From a virus (Duplodnaviria; Caudoviricetes), in the IMG/VR virus record IMGVR_UViG_3300029288_004944, positions 1-64,000 of that record: a DNA stretch of 64,000 nucleotides; one strand, written 5' to 3'. Positions 1 through 9,951 of this stretch are shown in pieces. The first letter of the stretch is position 1; the number at the start of each line of letters is the position of its first letter. The notes under the pieces are model-generated. The model was not told the origin of the DNA, did no database searches, and worked only from the letters and a program-made list of their open reading frames with translations. A program made the translations under genes and the position numbers.

Positions 1-23
1 TCACAAACTCTACAATGCATCAT
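1..23 (-). CDS. 5' end of a Cys-rich homing-endonuclease family gene, running off the window
   Basis: GGAGG RBS then ATG ATG CAT TGT AGA GTT TGT (MMHCRVC), matching the starts of paralogues at 7459 and 27257. Confidence 0.7.
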
Positions 24-132
24 ATTTATACCTCCAATAAGATATTATCATAGTAGGATTGACCATACAATGTATTGGCAAAGTATGGTCACTTACGCCC
101 TGATCAGGGGACCCTTTCATTTTCATTCATCT

Positions 133-1791
133 CTAACCAACAGGTACTTCTGCAGGAACAGCAGCAGGAGCCGTTGTTTGTGCAGGCGTTGCAGGTGATG
201 CCTGTGTCGATGGAGTTTCGCCACCTTTCGGAGGCGTTCCTTCGACAGGCTTTCCACTTGTAGATTGTGGAGCATGTGTCATTTCTGCAACTCCACCGGT
301 ACTATTTGTCACTACTTTCTTTGTAGGCTTCGCCAAACGTTCTTTATCGAAAATTGAACCCTGTTCTTCCATCAATCTCTCTTTCTCAATCTCATAGTCA
401 AGTTCTTTAAATTTAGAAAACAATGTTTGCGTTGATAATACTCCATCTTTCCATAACTTATAATAAACATCTTTCTCTTGAGGACTTTGAATAACAAGAT
501 CTTTATACCAAGAAATCTGAGGTATAATCAATTTTGGAGGATCAGATTTGTCATAAAAATTATTTTCTTCCGATATTCTTCTAAAAATATTATTCTCTAC
601 CCATTTCTCAAGTTTATCCCTAAAATTAACATATCTGTTTATCAAAACCTGCAAACTCATTGTAGCCTGATTACTAAATGATGGGCCTTCACCCATCAGA
701 ATATTCTGATTAACTCCCAATCCCACCATAATCCTGGTTTCTATCCAATTGAACTCCGGAATAAGGGGGAGGATTTTACCTATAATCCCCACCGCCTCAT
801 ATTGCACAGCATCGTGCCATATCAAATTAAAACTTGGATCTAACGCAGCCTGCTCCAACTCAGCCCTAAACTCATCCAACTGTTCACCTGTCGGAACAAT
901 ACCCGATGCCACATTTCCGATTTTCCACAACTGTAGGGGGGTAACATGGCGGTCGGCGATGGCCTGTTGGGCAACTCTTAATTTGTCAAAATACATAAGT
1001 TCTTTCATAAGGGGAGTCATAATTGAAGTTCCGCGCACATCCCCAGGTCTTGTAATTCTTGCCATCATTCCAACTTCGTTGGCCGGCAAATCAATCGGCT
1101 GTTCTGACAATATTGCAGCCTTAACATACTCAGGCATATTGTCAAATAATGCCCTATCAGATTCCGAATCAGACTTCGCCATAACTTTCATAGTATCGGT
1201 GATCTTCAAACGAAACTGCAGATCGGCGCCGAGAACGGGGGGTTTACGAACAATAACAGAATCTGAATCTAAAATTGTCCATGAATCCCATATTTTTTCT
1301 TTTGAATTAAATACTCCACATGCTATAAATTCCCCTAATTTCCAATATTGTAATGCGGCCTCACATATAAAAGTATAAAGATCCCATTTTTTTGTAGAAA
1401 GCATTTTTTCAAAAAACTGTTTTACATAATTATCGGAACATACAAGATCAAACTTTGACAAAGGATACTCTGAGTGTAAAGAAATAATAGCATTAACATA
1501 GGGATCATTGTTATAAAAAGTATTACACCAGTTATGAGATTCAATCAATGAACGGGGCAACAACCAATTTGGGGGTGTAAGTGCCGGGTGATACCACGAT
1601 GGATCAGAGGTCGTTACGTCAGCAGAACTATCATCTGCTTGTTTTTCTAAATAGGCATTTTTAATCATCCCACCCGAAGAAAATGTTGATTCAACTCTTC
1701 CATGCAACGGCTTTAAGTTCTGAAAATTATCCAATGCCTTAACCATTCTTTCCTGAAAAATATCAGCCCTTTCTTTATAAATTTCTTCCAT
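133..1791 (-). CDS. Phage portal protein
   Basis: 552 aa near terminase; FYNNDPYVNAIISLHSEYPLSK, RGTSIM and IADRHVTPLQLWKIG segments resemble large-phage portals; low-complexity Pro/Ala/Thr C-tail. Confidence 0.85.
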   Translation of the reverse strand: MEEIYKERADIFQERMVKALDNFQNLKPLHGRVESTFSSGGMIKNAYLEKQADDSSADVTTSDPSWYHPALTPPNWLLPRSLIESHNWCNTFYNNDPYVNAIISLHSEYPLSKFDLVCSDNYVKQFFEKMLSTKKWDLYTFICEAALQYWKLGEFIACGVFNSKEKIWDSWTILDSDSVIVRKPPVLGADLQFRLKITDTMKVMAKSDSESDRALFDNMPEYVKAAILSEQPIDLPANEVGMMARITRPGDVRGTSIMTPLMKELMYFDKLRVAQQAIADRHVTPLQLWKIGNVASGIVPTGEQLDEFRAELEQAALDPSFNLIWHDAVQYEAVGIIGKILPLIPEFNWIETRIMVGLGVNQNILMGEGPSFSNQATMSLQVLINRYVNFRDKLEKWVENNIFRRISEENNFYDKSDPPKLIIPQISWYKDLVIQSPQEKDVYYKLWKDGVLSTQTLFSKFKELDYEIEKERLMEEQGSIFDKERLAKPTKKVVTNSTGGVAEMTHAPQSTSGKPVEGTPPKGGETPSTQASPATPAQTTAPAAVPAEVPVG

Positions 1792-1931
1792 ACAATTTCA
1801 CTCCCTTTACCTAAAAATCATTAAAAATCGTTTAAAGCACAAAAATACCCTAAAAACCGACATTTTTCACTGCATCCAATATCTATTATTTTATACAATA
1901 TTTAATGAAATTACTATACTTATAGTAAGTC

Positions 1932-1998
1932 TATTAAAGAGGTCAACACATCATACCCCTTCATATATAGGGGAATTATAACCATTTTATAACCATTT
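1932..1998 (-). repeat. 67-bp exact direct repeat, copy 1, upstream of portal; candidate phage-specific promoter
   Basis: Identical to 52464-52530; contains the tandem 11-mer TATAACCATTT x2 and a CCCCT-N8-AGGGG inverted repeat. Confidence 0.9.
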
Positions 1999-2179
1999 CA
2001 ATTACAATAAATCATAAAAAAATCGCACAAATCGTATGAAAATAAAAAAAGCCATTAAGTATACCTCACCCCTTTGCACACTACAAGGCGAGATACCTAA
2101 TGGCTACTCTTCGACCTTCCCCCACCCAATTATATCAATCATACTATCAATTCTCTCTAAATCCCCCCATCCACTCTCT

Positions 2180-2539
2180 CTATCCTATCTTTTGAGCACT
2201 CTCAACCTCTTCCTCTTTCTTGATCTGTTCTTGAATTTTTCTAACTTTCTTTTCCGGAACATCACAAGTTTCGATCAAAGCCTTTGCACAAGCAGCCCTA
2301 TTCGCTTCTTTATAATCACTATAACCACCTGTCTTAACTTTCTTTTTTACATCACCATACCACCCATCACTATCCCTGTCAACCTTTTTCCCTGCGATCT
2401 TACTATTAAACATTGAGAACATTTTTTTTAATTTCTTACTCTTACATCTACGACATTCAATATCCGTATCATTCGGACCCATTACCAATATTTCACTTAT
2501 TGTTTGACAATCAAGGCACACATATTCATATATAGGCAT
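2180..2539 (-). CDS. FmdB-family zinc-ribbon protein
   Basis: MPIYEYVCLDC...CRRCKS signature; AAGGAG RBS. Confidence 0.85.
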   Translation of the reverse strand: MPIYEYVCLDCQTISEILVMGPNDTDIECRRCKSKKLKKMFSMFNSKIAGKKVDRDSDGWYGDVKKKVKTGGYSDYKEANRAACAKALIETCDVPEKKVRKIQEQIKKEEEVESAQKIG

Positions 2540-2557
2540 AAGATCTCCTTTCTTTAT

Positions 2558-2601
2558 ATTCAGTCACCATTCAGCCACCATTCGGGCACTATTCGGTCAC
2601 T
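2558..2601. repeat. Four imperfect tandem 11-bp repeats
   Basis: attcagtcacc attcagccacc attcgggcact attcggtcact, filling most of an intergenic gap. Confidence 0.85.
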
Positions 2602-2825
2602 TAAAGATAATTTTCATTAAACTCTTTTTGGTAAGATGGGTGCTGTTTCAAATAATCCTCAAACCTATGCAATGCACCAATAATATCATCAAAACCTGTT
2701 AAATCAACGACAACTTCATCCTCTTCAACTATACTATTCTTGTAATCTATATTATATCTTATAAGTTTCAATTTTTCAATAATCTTATTAATTTCACACA
2801 CAGAATAAACCAATTTTTTCTCCAT
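2601..2825 (-). CDS. Hypothetical protein
   Basis: 74 aa; start overlaps the terminase stop. Confidence 0.7.
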   Translation of the reverse strand: MEKKLVYSVCEINKIIEKLKLIRYNIDYKNSIVEEDEVVVDLTGFDDIIGALHRFEDYLKQHPSYQKEFNENYL

Positions 2826-4483
2826 TATACCCTCAGCCTCGGCCCACGAACTACCGATGGCAAAATTTTATTAGAAAACATTTTATTTTTCATTTCTTTT
2901 TCCTTTATAAAGAAAAAATCACAAGCATATATACTAAGTAAATCAGAGTTCACTATATCATCATGAACATCATCAGGACAATTTATCTGAGCATTTGCAC
3001 TAATACCCTTATATGTTTTTTCCATACACTCAACTTGTATCCTATTCTTATAAAAAATATTCCCACGATCATAACAAGCCATTTTAGGATATTTCAGCCT
3101 ATCATTTTCCGCTTCCCAATTCATATGCTCGCACATTGCATTCTTATAGTTCTTTCCTGTAAAAACATCTGTTGACTGATTACTTATACCAACTATACTA
3201 ATTCCTCTTTTCTTTAAATCATCTATCATTGGTGCGCCATACCCACGATCCCCATATCCGGCCACACATTGAAATACGCCTGTACGCGGATGTATAATTT
3301 TTTCAATTTCATCGATCTGTATGGTTGTATCTCCCTGCCACTCTTTTCCAAATACTTTATGTTTTATTCCATTCGTATATTTTTTAAAAATTGATAAAGA
3401 CGTAAAATCATTGGTATTAACTGAGATATTTTCTGAACTGCCTGCAAAATCTAATCCAAAATAATATTCAAAAGCACCTTTTCCCATGGATATTTCAGGC
3501 GAAAACTCCATATTGAACATTAACTCTTTTGCCTTTGCTGAGAATGCAGGGCTGACATTCTGTATCCATTCAAGCAGATACTGAGTTGCAAAATCCTCAT
3601 CATCCATATCTCCTTCACCCTCCCACATTTCGGGGTTATTGGGAAATATTCTCTTTTTCATATTCAAAGACATTCGATCTATAACAAAATTGGGATATTT
3701 AATGCCATTAATCTCAATATATCCTGAAAGCAATAAGATAGGGCACTGAGTCCAATTATATGATAAAACTTTATACATTGTATTCGTAAAGCTATCATGA
3801 AAATGATTTGTTCCACGTGGAACACCTATCTTAACAAGTTTAGTAAATCCACCCCAAGATAACATAGGTAGAATTCTCTCAGAAAATGCCCAATTTGAAA
3901 TTCTTTGAGCCTCATCAGCAATAATTATACCATGAAAACCTTCAATTTCGGCTGTATCAGAAGCAGACATCGCAATAACATATGATCCATTCTTGAATTG
4001 GATCTTATAGGCACTAACACTTTCTATGTAAGTCTTTAAAAATTCTTTACCCTTATCTCCTGCCCGGGTAAGGATCCTACGCATTTCCATAATGATCCTG
4101 GCCGACTGATCAATCTTTGGTCCAAAAATACCAATAGGCAATAATGGAAACAAGGTTGGGAAAAGCAATAAAGCACAAGCAACAGAGAAGGTCTTTCCTC
4201 CTCCACGACTCTCAATAACAACAATATATGGGATTGCCGGATCAATAATATCTCTGATAGTATCAATTTGATTTTGATACAGATGAATGCCCAATTTATC
4301 CAAAATCATTTTTTCTGTATCTATAGAAGCATCAAATACCGAATCAATATCAGTCTTCAATGCTTCTATAACAGAATTTTTAATGATTTGATTATCTCTA
4401 ATAAAATCGGATACAGATTCAACTTTAACCTTATTAGGATCTACCTGCTCTACATCCACATTATCCATACTGTCACATCCCAT
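2825..4483 (-). CDS. terL: Terminase large subunit
   Basis: Walker A ESRGGGKT, Walker B IIIADEAQ, RNase H-like nuclease FGLDFAG ... HDDIVNSD. Confidence 0.92.
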   Translation of the reverse strand: MGCDSMDNVDVEQVDPNKVKVESVSDFIRDNQIIKNSVIEALKTDIDSVFDASIDTEKMILDKLGIHLYQNQIDTIRDIIDPAIPYIVVIESRGGGKTFSVACALLLFPTLFPLLPIGIFGPKIDQSARIIMEMRRILTRAGDKGKEFLKTYIESVSAYKIQFKNGSYVIAMSASDTAEIEGFHGIIIADEAQRISNWAFSERILPMLSWGGFTKLVKIGVPRGTNHFHDSFTNTMYKVLSYNWTQCPILLLSGYIEINGIKYPNFVIDRMSLNMKKRIFPNNPEMWEGEGDMDDEDFATQYLLEWIQNVSPAFSAKAKELMFNMEFSPEISMGKGAFEYYFGLDFAGSSENISVNTNDFTSLSIFKKYTNGIKHKVFGKEWQGDTTIQIDEIEKIIHPRTGVFQCVAGYGDRGYGAPMIDDLKKRGISIVGISNQSTDVFTGKNYKNAMCEHMNWEAENDRLKYPKMACYDRGNIFYKNRIQVECMEKTYKGISANAQINCPDDVHDDIVNSDLLSIYACDFFFIKEKEMKNKMFSNKILPSVVRGPRLRV

Positions 4484-4506
4484 CTTAATTTCACAAGGTA
4501 TTACTT

Positions 4507-4812
4507 TTACACTCTACTTTTTATATCACCAAGAGCTTCCGAATCTTTTTTCAATGCCTCACCCTCTTTTAACACCTGAGACAAAAATGCATACAACTTA
4601 TTTCCATACTTATTCTGCAAGAGGTTGTAGCAATTATAATACCACAACTTTTCATCTTCATCTTTCATATTAAAAGCACTTTCCAACTGAGATGCTATTT
4701 TCTGCATATAAACTCTACCCGAAGATGTGGGTTTTTCAAACAAAACTCCTTCCTTGTCCGATGTACATTTCTCGATGTCTTTTAAAATACCTTCAATAAC
4801 TTTTGTATCCAT
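4507..4812 (-). CDS. Hypothetical protein
   Basis: 101 aa, GGAGG RBS. Confidence 0.75.
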   Translation of the reverse strand: MDTKVIEGILKDIEKCTSDKEGVLFEKPTSSGRVYMQKIASQLESAFNMKDEDEKLWYYNCYNLLQNKYGNKLYAFLSQVLKEGEALKKDSEALGDIKSRV

Positions 4813-4866
4813 CTTTTACCTCCTAAAATTTTATTTATATTTATTATCTGTTGTGGCAATTATTTT

Positions 4867-5301
4867 CTAAAATTCTCTATTGCTCTCACCTCCTATATCT
4901 ATTTCGATATCATTGTTTTGATTTACATCTTTTATTTCCCCCATAAGAGATCTAAGCATGCTACGCAAAGATGCAACATATTTTTCAAGAAGATCTTTGT
5001 CGGCCACGCATTCACCTATTTTACTTTTCTTTATAATACTTTCTACAGATGCTATTTCATCTTTAAGAAAAGCAACCATTACAAGAGAACTTGAAAAATT
5101 CCCAAGAATAGATGAAATTTGAGAATTTTTATTACGGATCTGGCCATCTATAATTGCAACACGATGAGTAAGCGAAAATATTTTAGAATTTATTTTATCA
5201 AGATTATTAGAAGTTTTAGATATTTCTATACGTTCATTTTTAAATTCCATTAACTGCCCTTGCAACTTTTTTAAATACAGCACAGCATCATACAACTTCA
5301 T
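4867..5301 (-). CDS. Coiled-coil protein, possibly DIP1984-like
   Basis: MKLYDAVLYLKKL start and IKDVNQNNDIE end resemble the DIP1984 family. Confidence 0.5.
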   Translation of the reverse strand: MKLYDAVLYLKKLQGQLMEFKNERIEISKTSNNLDKINSKIFSLTHRVAIIDGQIRNKNSQISSILGNFSSSLVMVAFLKDEIASVESIIKKSKIGECVADKDLLEKYVASLRSMLRSLMGEIKDVNQNNDIEIDIGGESNREF

Positions 5302-5329
5302 TATTTACTCCTTTATGTGGCTACATGTT

Positions 5330-5764
5330 TTACTTCTTTGAATGTGTTATATAATCATCGGGAAAAGGAAATTCCTGCTTATATCCACAACCAGGCCTTA
5401 TACAATACTTTAAACGCCTTCTCTTGCCATCTTTATCTGTCCAAACCTTTATTGCAGTTGTTTCCCCTTGGCACTTAGGACAGAACTCCAAATCTGCCGT
5501 CAATTGCATAAATATATCTCTTTCCATTCTTGCCATAACATTGTCTTCGGAATCGTATATCCCTATACACTTTAATGTATTGGTATCATACAAGCCAAAT
5601 TTCTTATTATTAATCTTACGAACACAACAAGACATAACGTTACCTTTAATTTCATCATATATAGCATCAATAATCGATGGCTCTTGAATTTCCAATTTTT
5701 TTATAATAAAATTCTTAAGAGCTCTGTCAAATAATTCAGAACTATACTCTAAGTCCGGCATCAT
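5330..5764 (-). CDS. Hypothetical protein with C-terminal zinc ribbon
   Basis: CPKC...CIRPGC. Confidence 0.7.
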   Translation of the reverse strand: MMPDLEYSSELFDRALKNFIIKKLEIQEPSIIDAIYDEIKGNVMSCCVRKINNKKFGLYDTNTLKCIGIYDSEDNVMARMERDIFMQLTADLEFCPKCQGETTAIKVWTDKDGKRRRLKYCIRPGCGYKQEFPFPDDYITHSKK

Positions 5765-6244
5765 TTACTCCTTTATCTCATCACCAACAATAATAAGGGG
5801 TTTTCTATTCATTGCTTCAAAATAACCAACAAATTTATTCTTGGATATCTCTGACAATTCTTTATATGCAAGACAATAAACTGAATATTGAACACGATAA
5901 GACTTATGACAATCATAACAAGCAACCTTAAATGCTTTTCCCATAGGAAAATCAGCAAAAGCAATATTATGATCTTTATGATCTATAAAAAACTTATCTA
6001 TCTCTTCTGCTGAAATCAAATCACCCAGAAAGGATATGTTTTCTTTCTTTAACCTCAAATACACAAGATCTTCTTCGTTATTACTTTTTATAGCAGTCCG
6101 GCATTCATAACCCTCTGTATCATCACAATAGAAGGATACAGTATATCCATTTTTTTCAAGATTACAGATTTCATCATCAAACTCAGCCTTACTATAAAAT
6201 ACTTTCTCCGGAACCTTCTGGGACGGAATGTTGTCATTATCCAT
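5765..6244 (-). CDS. Hypothetical protein
   Basis: Start moved to MDNDN after a GGAGGAG RBS. Confidence 0.7.
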   Translation of the reverse strand: MDNDNIPSQKVPEKVFYSKAEFDDEICNLEKNGYTVSFYCDDTEGYECRTAIKSNNEEDLVYLRLKKENISFLGDLISAEEIDKFFIDHKDHNIAFADFPMGKAFKVACYDCHKSYRVQYSVYCLAYKELSEISKNKFVGYFEAMNRKPLIIVGDEIKE

Positions 6245-6725
6245 TTTTCTCCTCCTCTTTTTTCTCAACAATAATTACTTTTCCATCATCTTCTTTAATT
6301 AATCCTTCACTTTCAATCTTATTATAAGAAAATATAACCATATCAATGTGCATTGAAAGATCTTTCGCAATTTTATACATTAAATCTATAGGATCACCAT
6401 CTTCTTTTGGCGAAAGAGCAATGTTTACAGGACAATTCTTCCTAAGCCAAGATAAAACAGAATCTTTAGCCTGGCTGCATTTATCTACAACCTTAACCAT
6501 TTCATCGTTATAAAAATTTTCATCCAACATTGCATCATCCATTAATGTTTCAATAGATTCCATAACATTGTTGACCTTTACGTTAAATGTATGATCTTGT
6601 ATTTTTCCATCCATATCACTTACAACTCCCCACACATCAATCAATTTCCCTTTCACAACAATAGCCTTAGTCTTTTTCTTTCGTAAGTCCGCAACCATTG
6701 CCTCAATCATGTTTACCTTTGCCAT
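6237..6725 (-). CDS. Hypothetical protein
   Basis: 162 aa, AGGAGG RBS. Confidence 0.75.
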   Translation of the reverse strand: MAKVNMIEAMVADLRKKKTKAIVVKGKLIDVWGVVSDMDGKIQDHTFNVKVNNVMESIETLMDDAMLDENFYNDEMVKVVDKCSQAKDSVLSWLRKNCPVNIALSPKEDGDPIDLMYKIAKDLSMHIDMVIFSYNKIESEGLIKEDDGKVIIVEKKEEEKNG

Positions 6726-6781
6726 ACTTTTCCTCCTATCCTTCCTTTATTTTATTTACAAAATCATTTATCCCATTATTT

Positions 6782-7459
6782 TCAATTATTCTTTTTTTTA
6801 TGTTCTTCTTTATGACATTTTTTACAAAGTGTTATTCCATTGTTGATATCCCATAAAGGCTCATACATCATTGATGCTGTATAAAGATCGAATAGAGAAA
6901 AATTACCTTTGATATCTTGTATTAATTTGGAGAAAGACTTTTTATTATGATGAGCATTTATATCTCCACCATGTTTATAACATTTTTGACATGTATAATT
7001 GTCTCTCTTAAAAACATCTTGTTGCCATTGCTCATATTTAGCAGAACCCCTTATCAACATTGCAATAGGGGTTATACCGCCTTGCCAATTCCAATTCTTA
7101 TTACCTTTATGCGATTCTGATTGTTTTCGTCTTGTTTTTTCTGTCCAATGTTTACCATAATTATGATTCTTTTCACCCTTTGTCGATTCTGATTGTTTTC
7201 TTCTTGATTCTTCTGTACGATGTTTACCCATCTTTGATTCTGATTGTTTTCTTTTAGTTTTTTCTGCACGATGTACACCATTCATATGGTGACCATTTAT
7301 ATATTTATATTCATTACCAAATCTACCATATTTGGAACGATAGTTGCCACATCCACAAATACATGGGATTTGAATGGATAGACATTCTTCACATACTACT
7401 TTTTTACGATAAACCAAAGTTCCATCATTAGATTTTTTACAAACTCTGCAATGCATCAT
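6782..7459 (-). CDS. HNH homing endonuclease (Cys-rich repeat + NUMOD3 + HNH)
   Basis: Start at MMHCRVC after GGAG; NUMOD3-like HRTEESRRKQSES; RDNYTCQKC...NAHH...NNGITLCKKCH. Confidence 0.85.
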   Translation of the reverse strand: MMHCRVCKKSNDGTLVYRKKVVCEECLSIQIPCICGCGNYRSKYGRFGNEYKYINGHHMNGVHRAEKTKRKQSESKMGKHRTEESRRKQSESTKGEKNHNYGKHWTEKTRRKQSESHKGNKNWNWQGGITPIAMLIRGSAKYEQWQQDVFKRDNYTCQKCYKHGGDINAHHNKKSFSKLIQDIKGNFSLFDLYTASMMYEPLWDINNGITLCKKCHKEEHKKKNN

Positions 7460-7548
7460 ACTTTTACTCCTACAACATATGGTGGAGACTTTAAACAACA
7501 TATTCTCCACCATTTTTTTATCCATTATAAACAAGGTGGGCTAACACC

Positions 7549-7782
7549 TTACTTTATTGTTTCAGCCGGTTTTATAGGACACACGAGCATAATATCACGT
7601 TGCCCAAGTGCAGCCCCCTCAACTTTCTCCTCATCCTTTGCTTCTTTGAATGCATAGTAACAAATTATTTTCTCATGTTTCGGAGCAACATGCGGCTTAT
7701 CTCCAACTGTCCAACCCTTTGCTTTTAACTTCTTAATCTCCTCTTGCAATTCTGCTTCTGTCTTAAACTCAATCCTTTCCAT
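7549..7782 (-). CDS. Hypothetical protein
   Basis: 77 aa, AAGGAGGT RBS. Confidence 0.75.
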   Translation of the reverse strand: MERIEFKTEAELQEEIKKLKAKGWTVGDKPHVAPKHEKIICYYAFKEAKDEEKVEGAALGQRDIMLVCPIKPAETIK

Positions 7783-7826
7783 ACATTACCTCCTTACTAA
7801 TTTTTTATTAAAAGAAAGATAATCAC

Positions 7827-8108
7827 TTATCTTTTCCTTTTCTTTTTTTTATTTTTTTTCTTTTCATCATCCAATACATATAAAAATTTCCTTCCATTGC
7901 ATATAGTACAAGTTTTGAATCTTCTACGAGATGCTTTCAATTGAATTCCAAATAAACTTAAAAAATCATTACAAGGCTCTTCTTGATCATATTCATTTTC
8001 TTCCCTATTTTTTTTCAAATCAAAAGGACTATCCACAATTTCCATCATGCCATCAACACAAAATTGACATTTCTCCATATGACAATATTTCTTTTTTAGA
8101 GATTTCAT
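7827..8108 (-). CDS. Hypothetical zinc-finger protein
   Basis: CQFCVDG...CTICNG; basic tail. Confidence 0.65.
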   Translation of the reverse strand: MKSLKKKYCHMEKCQFCVDGMMEIVDSPFDLKKNREENEYDQEEPCNDFLSLFGIQLKASRRRFKTCTICNGRKFLYVLDDEKKKNKKKKRKR

Positions 8109-8224
8109 AAATTTACCTCTTTTACTTAATTATAGACTTTTACCACTTTCTTGAAGTAGTTGGCTAAAGTCTACCCTATAATCCCTCGATAAATTGGTTA
8201 TTGATTGGAAAATACTTTTCAACA

Positions 8225-8530
8225 TTACCTTTTCTTAGCAGGGATTTTTTTTAATTCTTCATCTTTGATAGTGCTACTACAAAAACTTTCTTCACAATAA
8301 TAACAATTCAATATTTTACTTTTGTGAAGAGTTACACCTCTTCCATAATGCCCGCAAACTGCACATTTCAAAACATTCACGTATTGATGTTTATTCCACT
8401 TTATATCTTTATTACTTTTACTCTGTTCTAATTGATCGGCAGAAATATTATCTTCTATCTTTTTTCTCAAATCAAGTTCAATCGTTTTTTCCTTCTCTTT
8501 TTTTTTGCCAAAGCCAAAAATATTTTTCAT
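8225..8530 (-). CDS. Hypothetical zinc-binding protein
   Basis: CAVC...YYCEESFC; GGAGG RBS; directly downstream of promoter P1. Confidence 0.75.
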   Translation of the reverse strand: MKNIFGFGKKKEKEKTIELDLRKKIEDNISADQLEQSKSNKDIKWNKHQYVNVLKCAVCGHYGRGVTLHKSKILNCYYCEESFCSSTIKDEELKKIPAKKR

Positions 8531-8563
8531 TTAACCTCCATTCTTTTCTTTGCCTACATAAAT

Positions 8564-8605
8564 ATTATAGCACATACACTATCATTTGTCAAAAAAACGA
8601 CAAAT
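8564..8605 (-). promoter_or_regulatory. Sigma70-type promoter P1 with an inverted repeat over the -35
   Basis: TTGACA (8592-8587), 17 bp spacer, TATAAT (8569-8564), extended TG; ATTTGTC-N8-GACAAAT palindrome. Confidence 0.85.
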
Positions 8606-8608
8606 TTT

Positions 8609-8947
8609 TTAATATCCTTCCGTATGAATCCCATCCCATTTGACAATTACATCGCTCAAACCATCTCCCTGAACAAGCAAATAATCTTTGCAGTTCACGT
8701 GCAATCTACAAAAGATCGGAGCGTTATAAAGCGTTGTATTTATCATATCCGCAAGATCCCAAACATTCCCACTCATGACTTGACATTTTTCACAAGCATC
8801 GGCATAAGCATAAAACGTTGCCGTTGTATACCCAAGTTCCAATAAATTTTTTAAATCATCCAAAGAATGTTCTATATTTGCAGATTCTTTATTTAAATTC
8901 GAACTTTTTGTTAAATCCTTTATTCCCATTAAAAAAGATTTTAGCAT
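8609..8947 (-). CDS. Minimal MuF/SPP1 gp7-like head morphogenesis protein
   Basis: ACEKCQVMSG...APIFCRLHVNCKDYL resembles the MuF CxxC...HxNC motif; start moved to MLKSF after GGAG. Confidence 0.55.
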   Translation of the reverse strand: MLKSFLMGIKDLTKSSNLNKESANIEHSLDDLKNLLELGYTTATFYAYADACEKCQVMSGNVWDLADMINTTLYNAPIFCRLHVNCKDYLLVQGDGLSDVIVKWDGIHTEGY

Positions 8948-9045
8948 ATTTAAACTCCATATATAAATTTTAAAAATACGCAAGCATCGTCGTAACGATG
9001 CAAGATCTCCTTCCATCTTGGATGGATGAGTAAACATAAGTATGG

Positions 9046-9723
9046 TTATTCTTTCAACATCTCTTTTATTTTTTCTTTCTTCTTATCAATATCTAACTCT
9101 TTCTCAGCATCCTCTATTTCTTTCTCGCTAAATCCCATATCCTTGGCAATCTGCTCACGCCAAAATATTTCAGCATTGGCCATCTTTCCAACCAATGATC
9201 CATCCTGTAATCCTTTTCTTAATCCGGAATACCACCCATCACTATCAGGAATATTGTCTCTACTAACATATAACAAAGAATCTTTATCTTGTTTATATTC
9301 CAATACTTCTTTCGTAACTACTCCAATATAAGGAACCATTTTTATATTAACACACTCAAAAGACTCACAGGATTCAGGTAAACATTGAATATAGGGATCT
9401 TCGGGATTATTAGTCTTACCCTCTACGTCTACTTTACAATTTTTATAAATTTTTAAATATGGTCCTGTATATTCTCCAATAAAATCTACTAAAACATCGA
9501 ATTCTTTCAAATTTTTATTAGATTTTTTCTTAAATTTGGGATCATATAATACAAGACTATACCACTCGTAATGCTTACCATTAATAAGTTGTGAACTTGT
9601 AATAACAGCAAAAGAACTAATCTTTGCCAAACATTTATCCTCTATTTCTTTTATCCTCAAAACATCTAATGCATTCTTTTCATCCCACTTGTCCAATATA
9701 TATATCCCATTTACACCCCTCAT
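9046..9723 (-). CDS. Hypothetical protein
   Basis: 225 aa ORF with RBS. Confidence 0.75.
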   Translation of the reverse strand: MRGVNGIYILDKWDEKNALDVLRIKEIEDKCLAKISSFAVITSSQLINGKHYEWYSLVLYDPKFKKKSNKNLKEFDVLVDFIGEYTGPYLKIYKNCKVDVEGKTNNPEDPYIQCLPESCESFECVNIKMVPYIGVVTKEVLEYKQDKDSLLYVSRDNIPDSDGWYSGLRKGLQDGSLVGKMANAEIFWREQIAKDMGFSEKEIEDAEKELDIDKKKEKIKEMLKE

Positions 9724-9735
9724 AATCTTATCCCC

Positions 9736-9933
9736 CTATTTCTCAACACATTGATCTTCTTTGGCCTCATTCAAAATTTCTTTTTCTTTACCATCTGAAA
9801 TCTCAGTGTCTATCCTATAACACTTCCTGCATTTTCCACACTTATAAACACCAATAACCGTATATGTCTTTTTAATATCACTTCCAATACGAAACAGTTC
9901 AATTGCAGTCAAATCATGACCATTAATTTTCAC
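9736..9933 (-). CDS. Small hypothetical protein (CxxC)
   Basis: 65 aa, GAGGTG RBS. Confidence 0.6.
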   Translation of the reverse strand: MKINGHDLTAIELFRIGSDIKKTYTVIGVYKCGKCRKCYRIDTEISDGKEKEILNEAKEDQCVEK

Positions 9934-9951
9934 AGTATATCACCTCTTTTT

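Noticed and set aside
2558-2601. CRISPR mini-array
   Set aside because: 11-bp units with no spacers; I saw no repeat-spacer array or cas gene anywhere in the window
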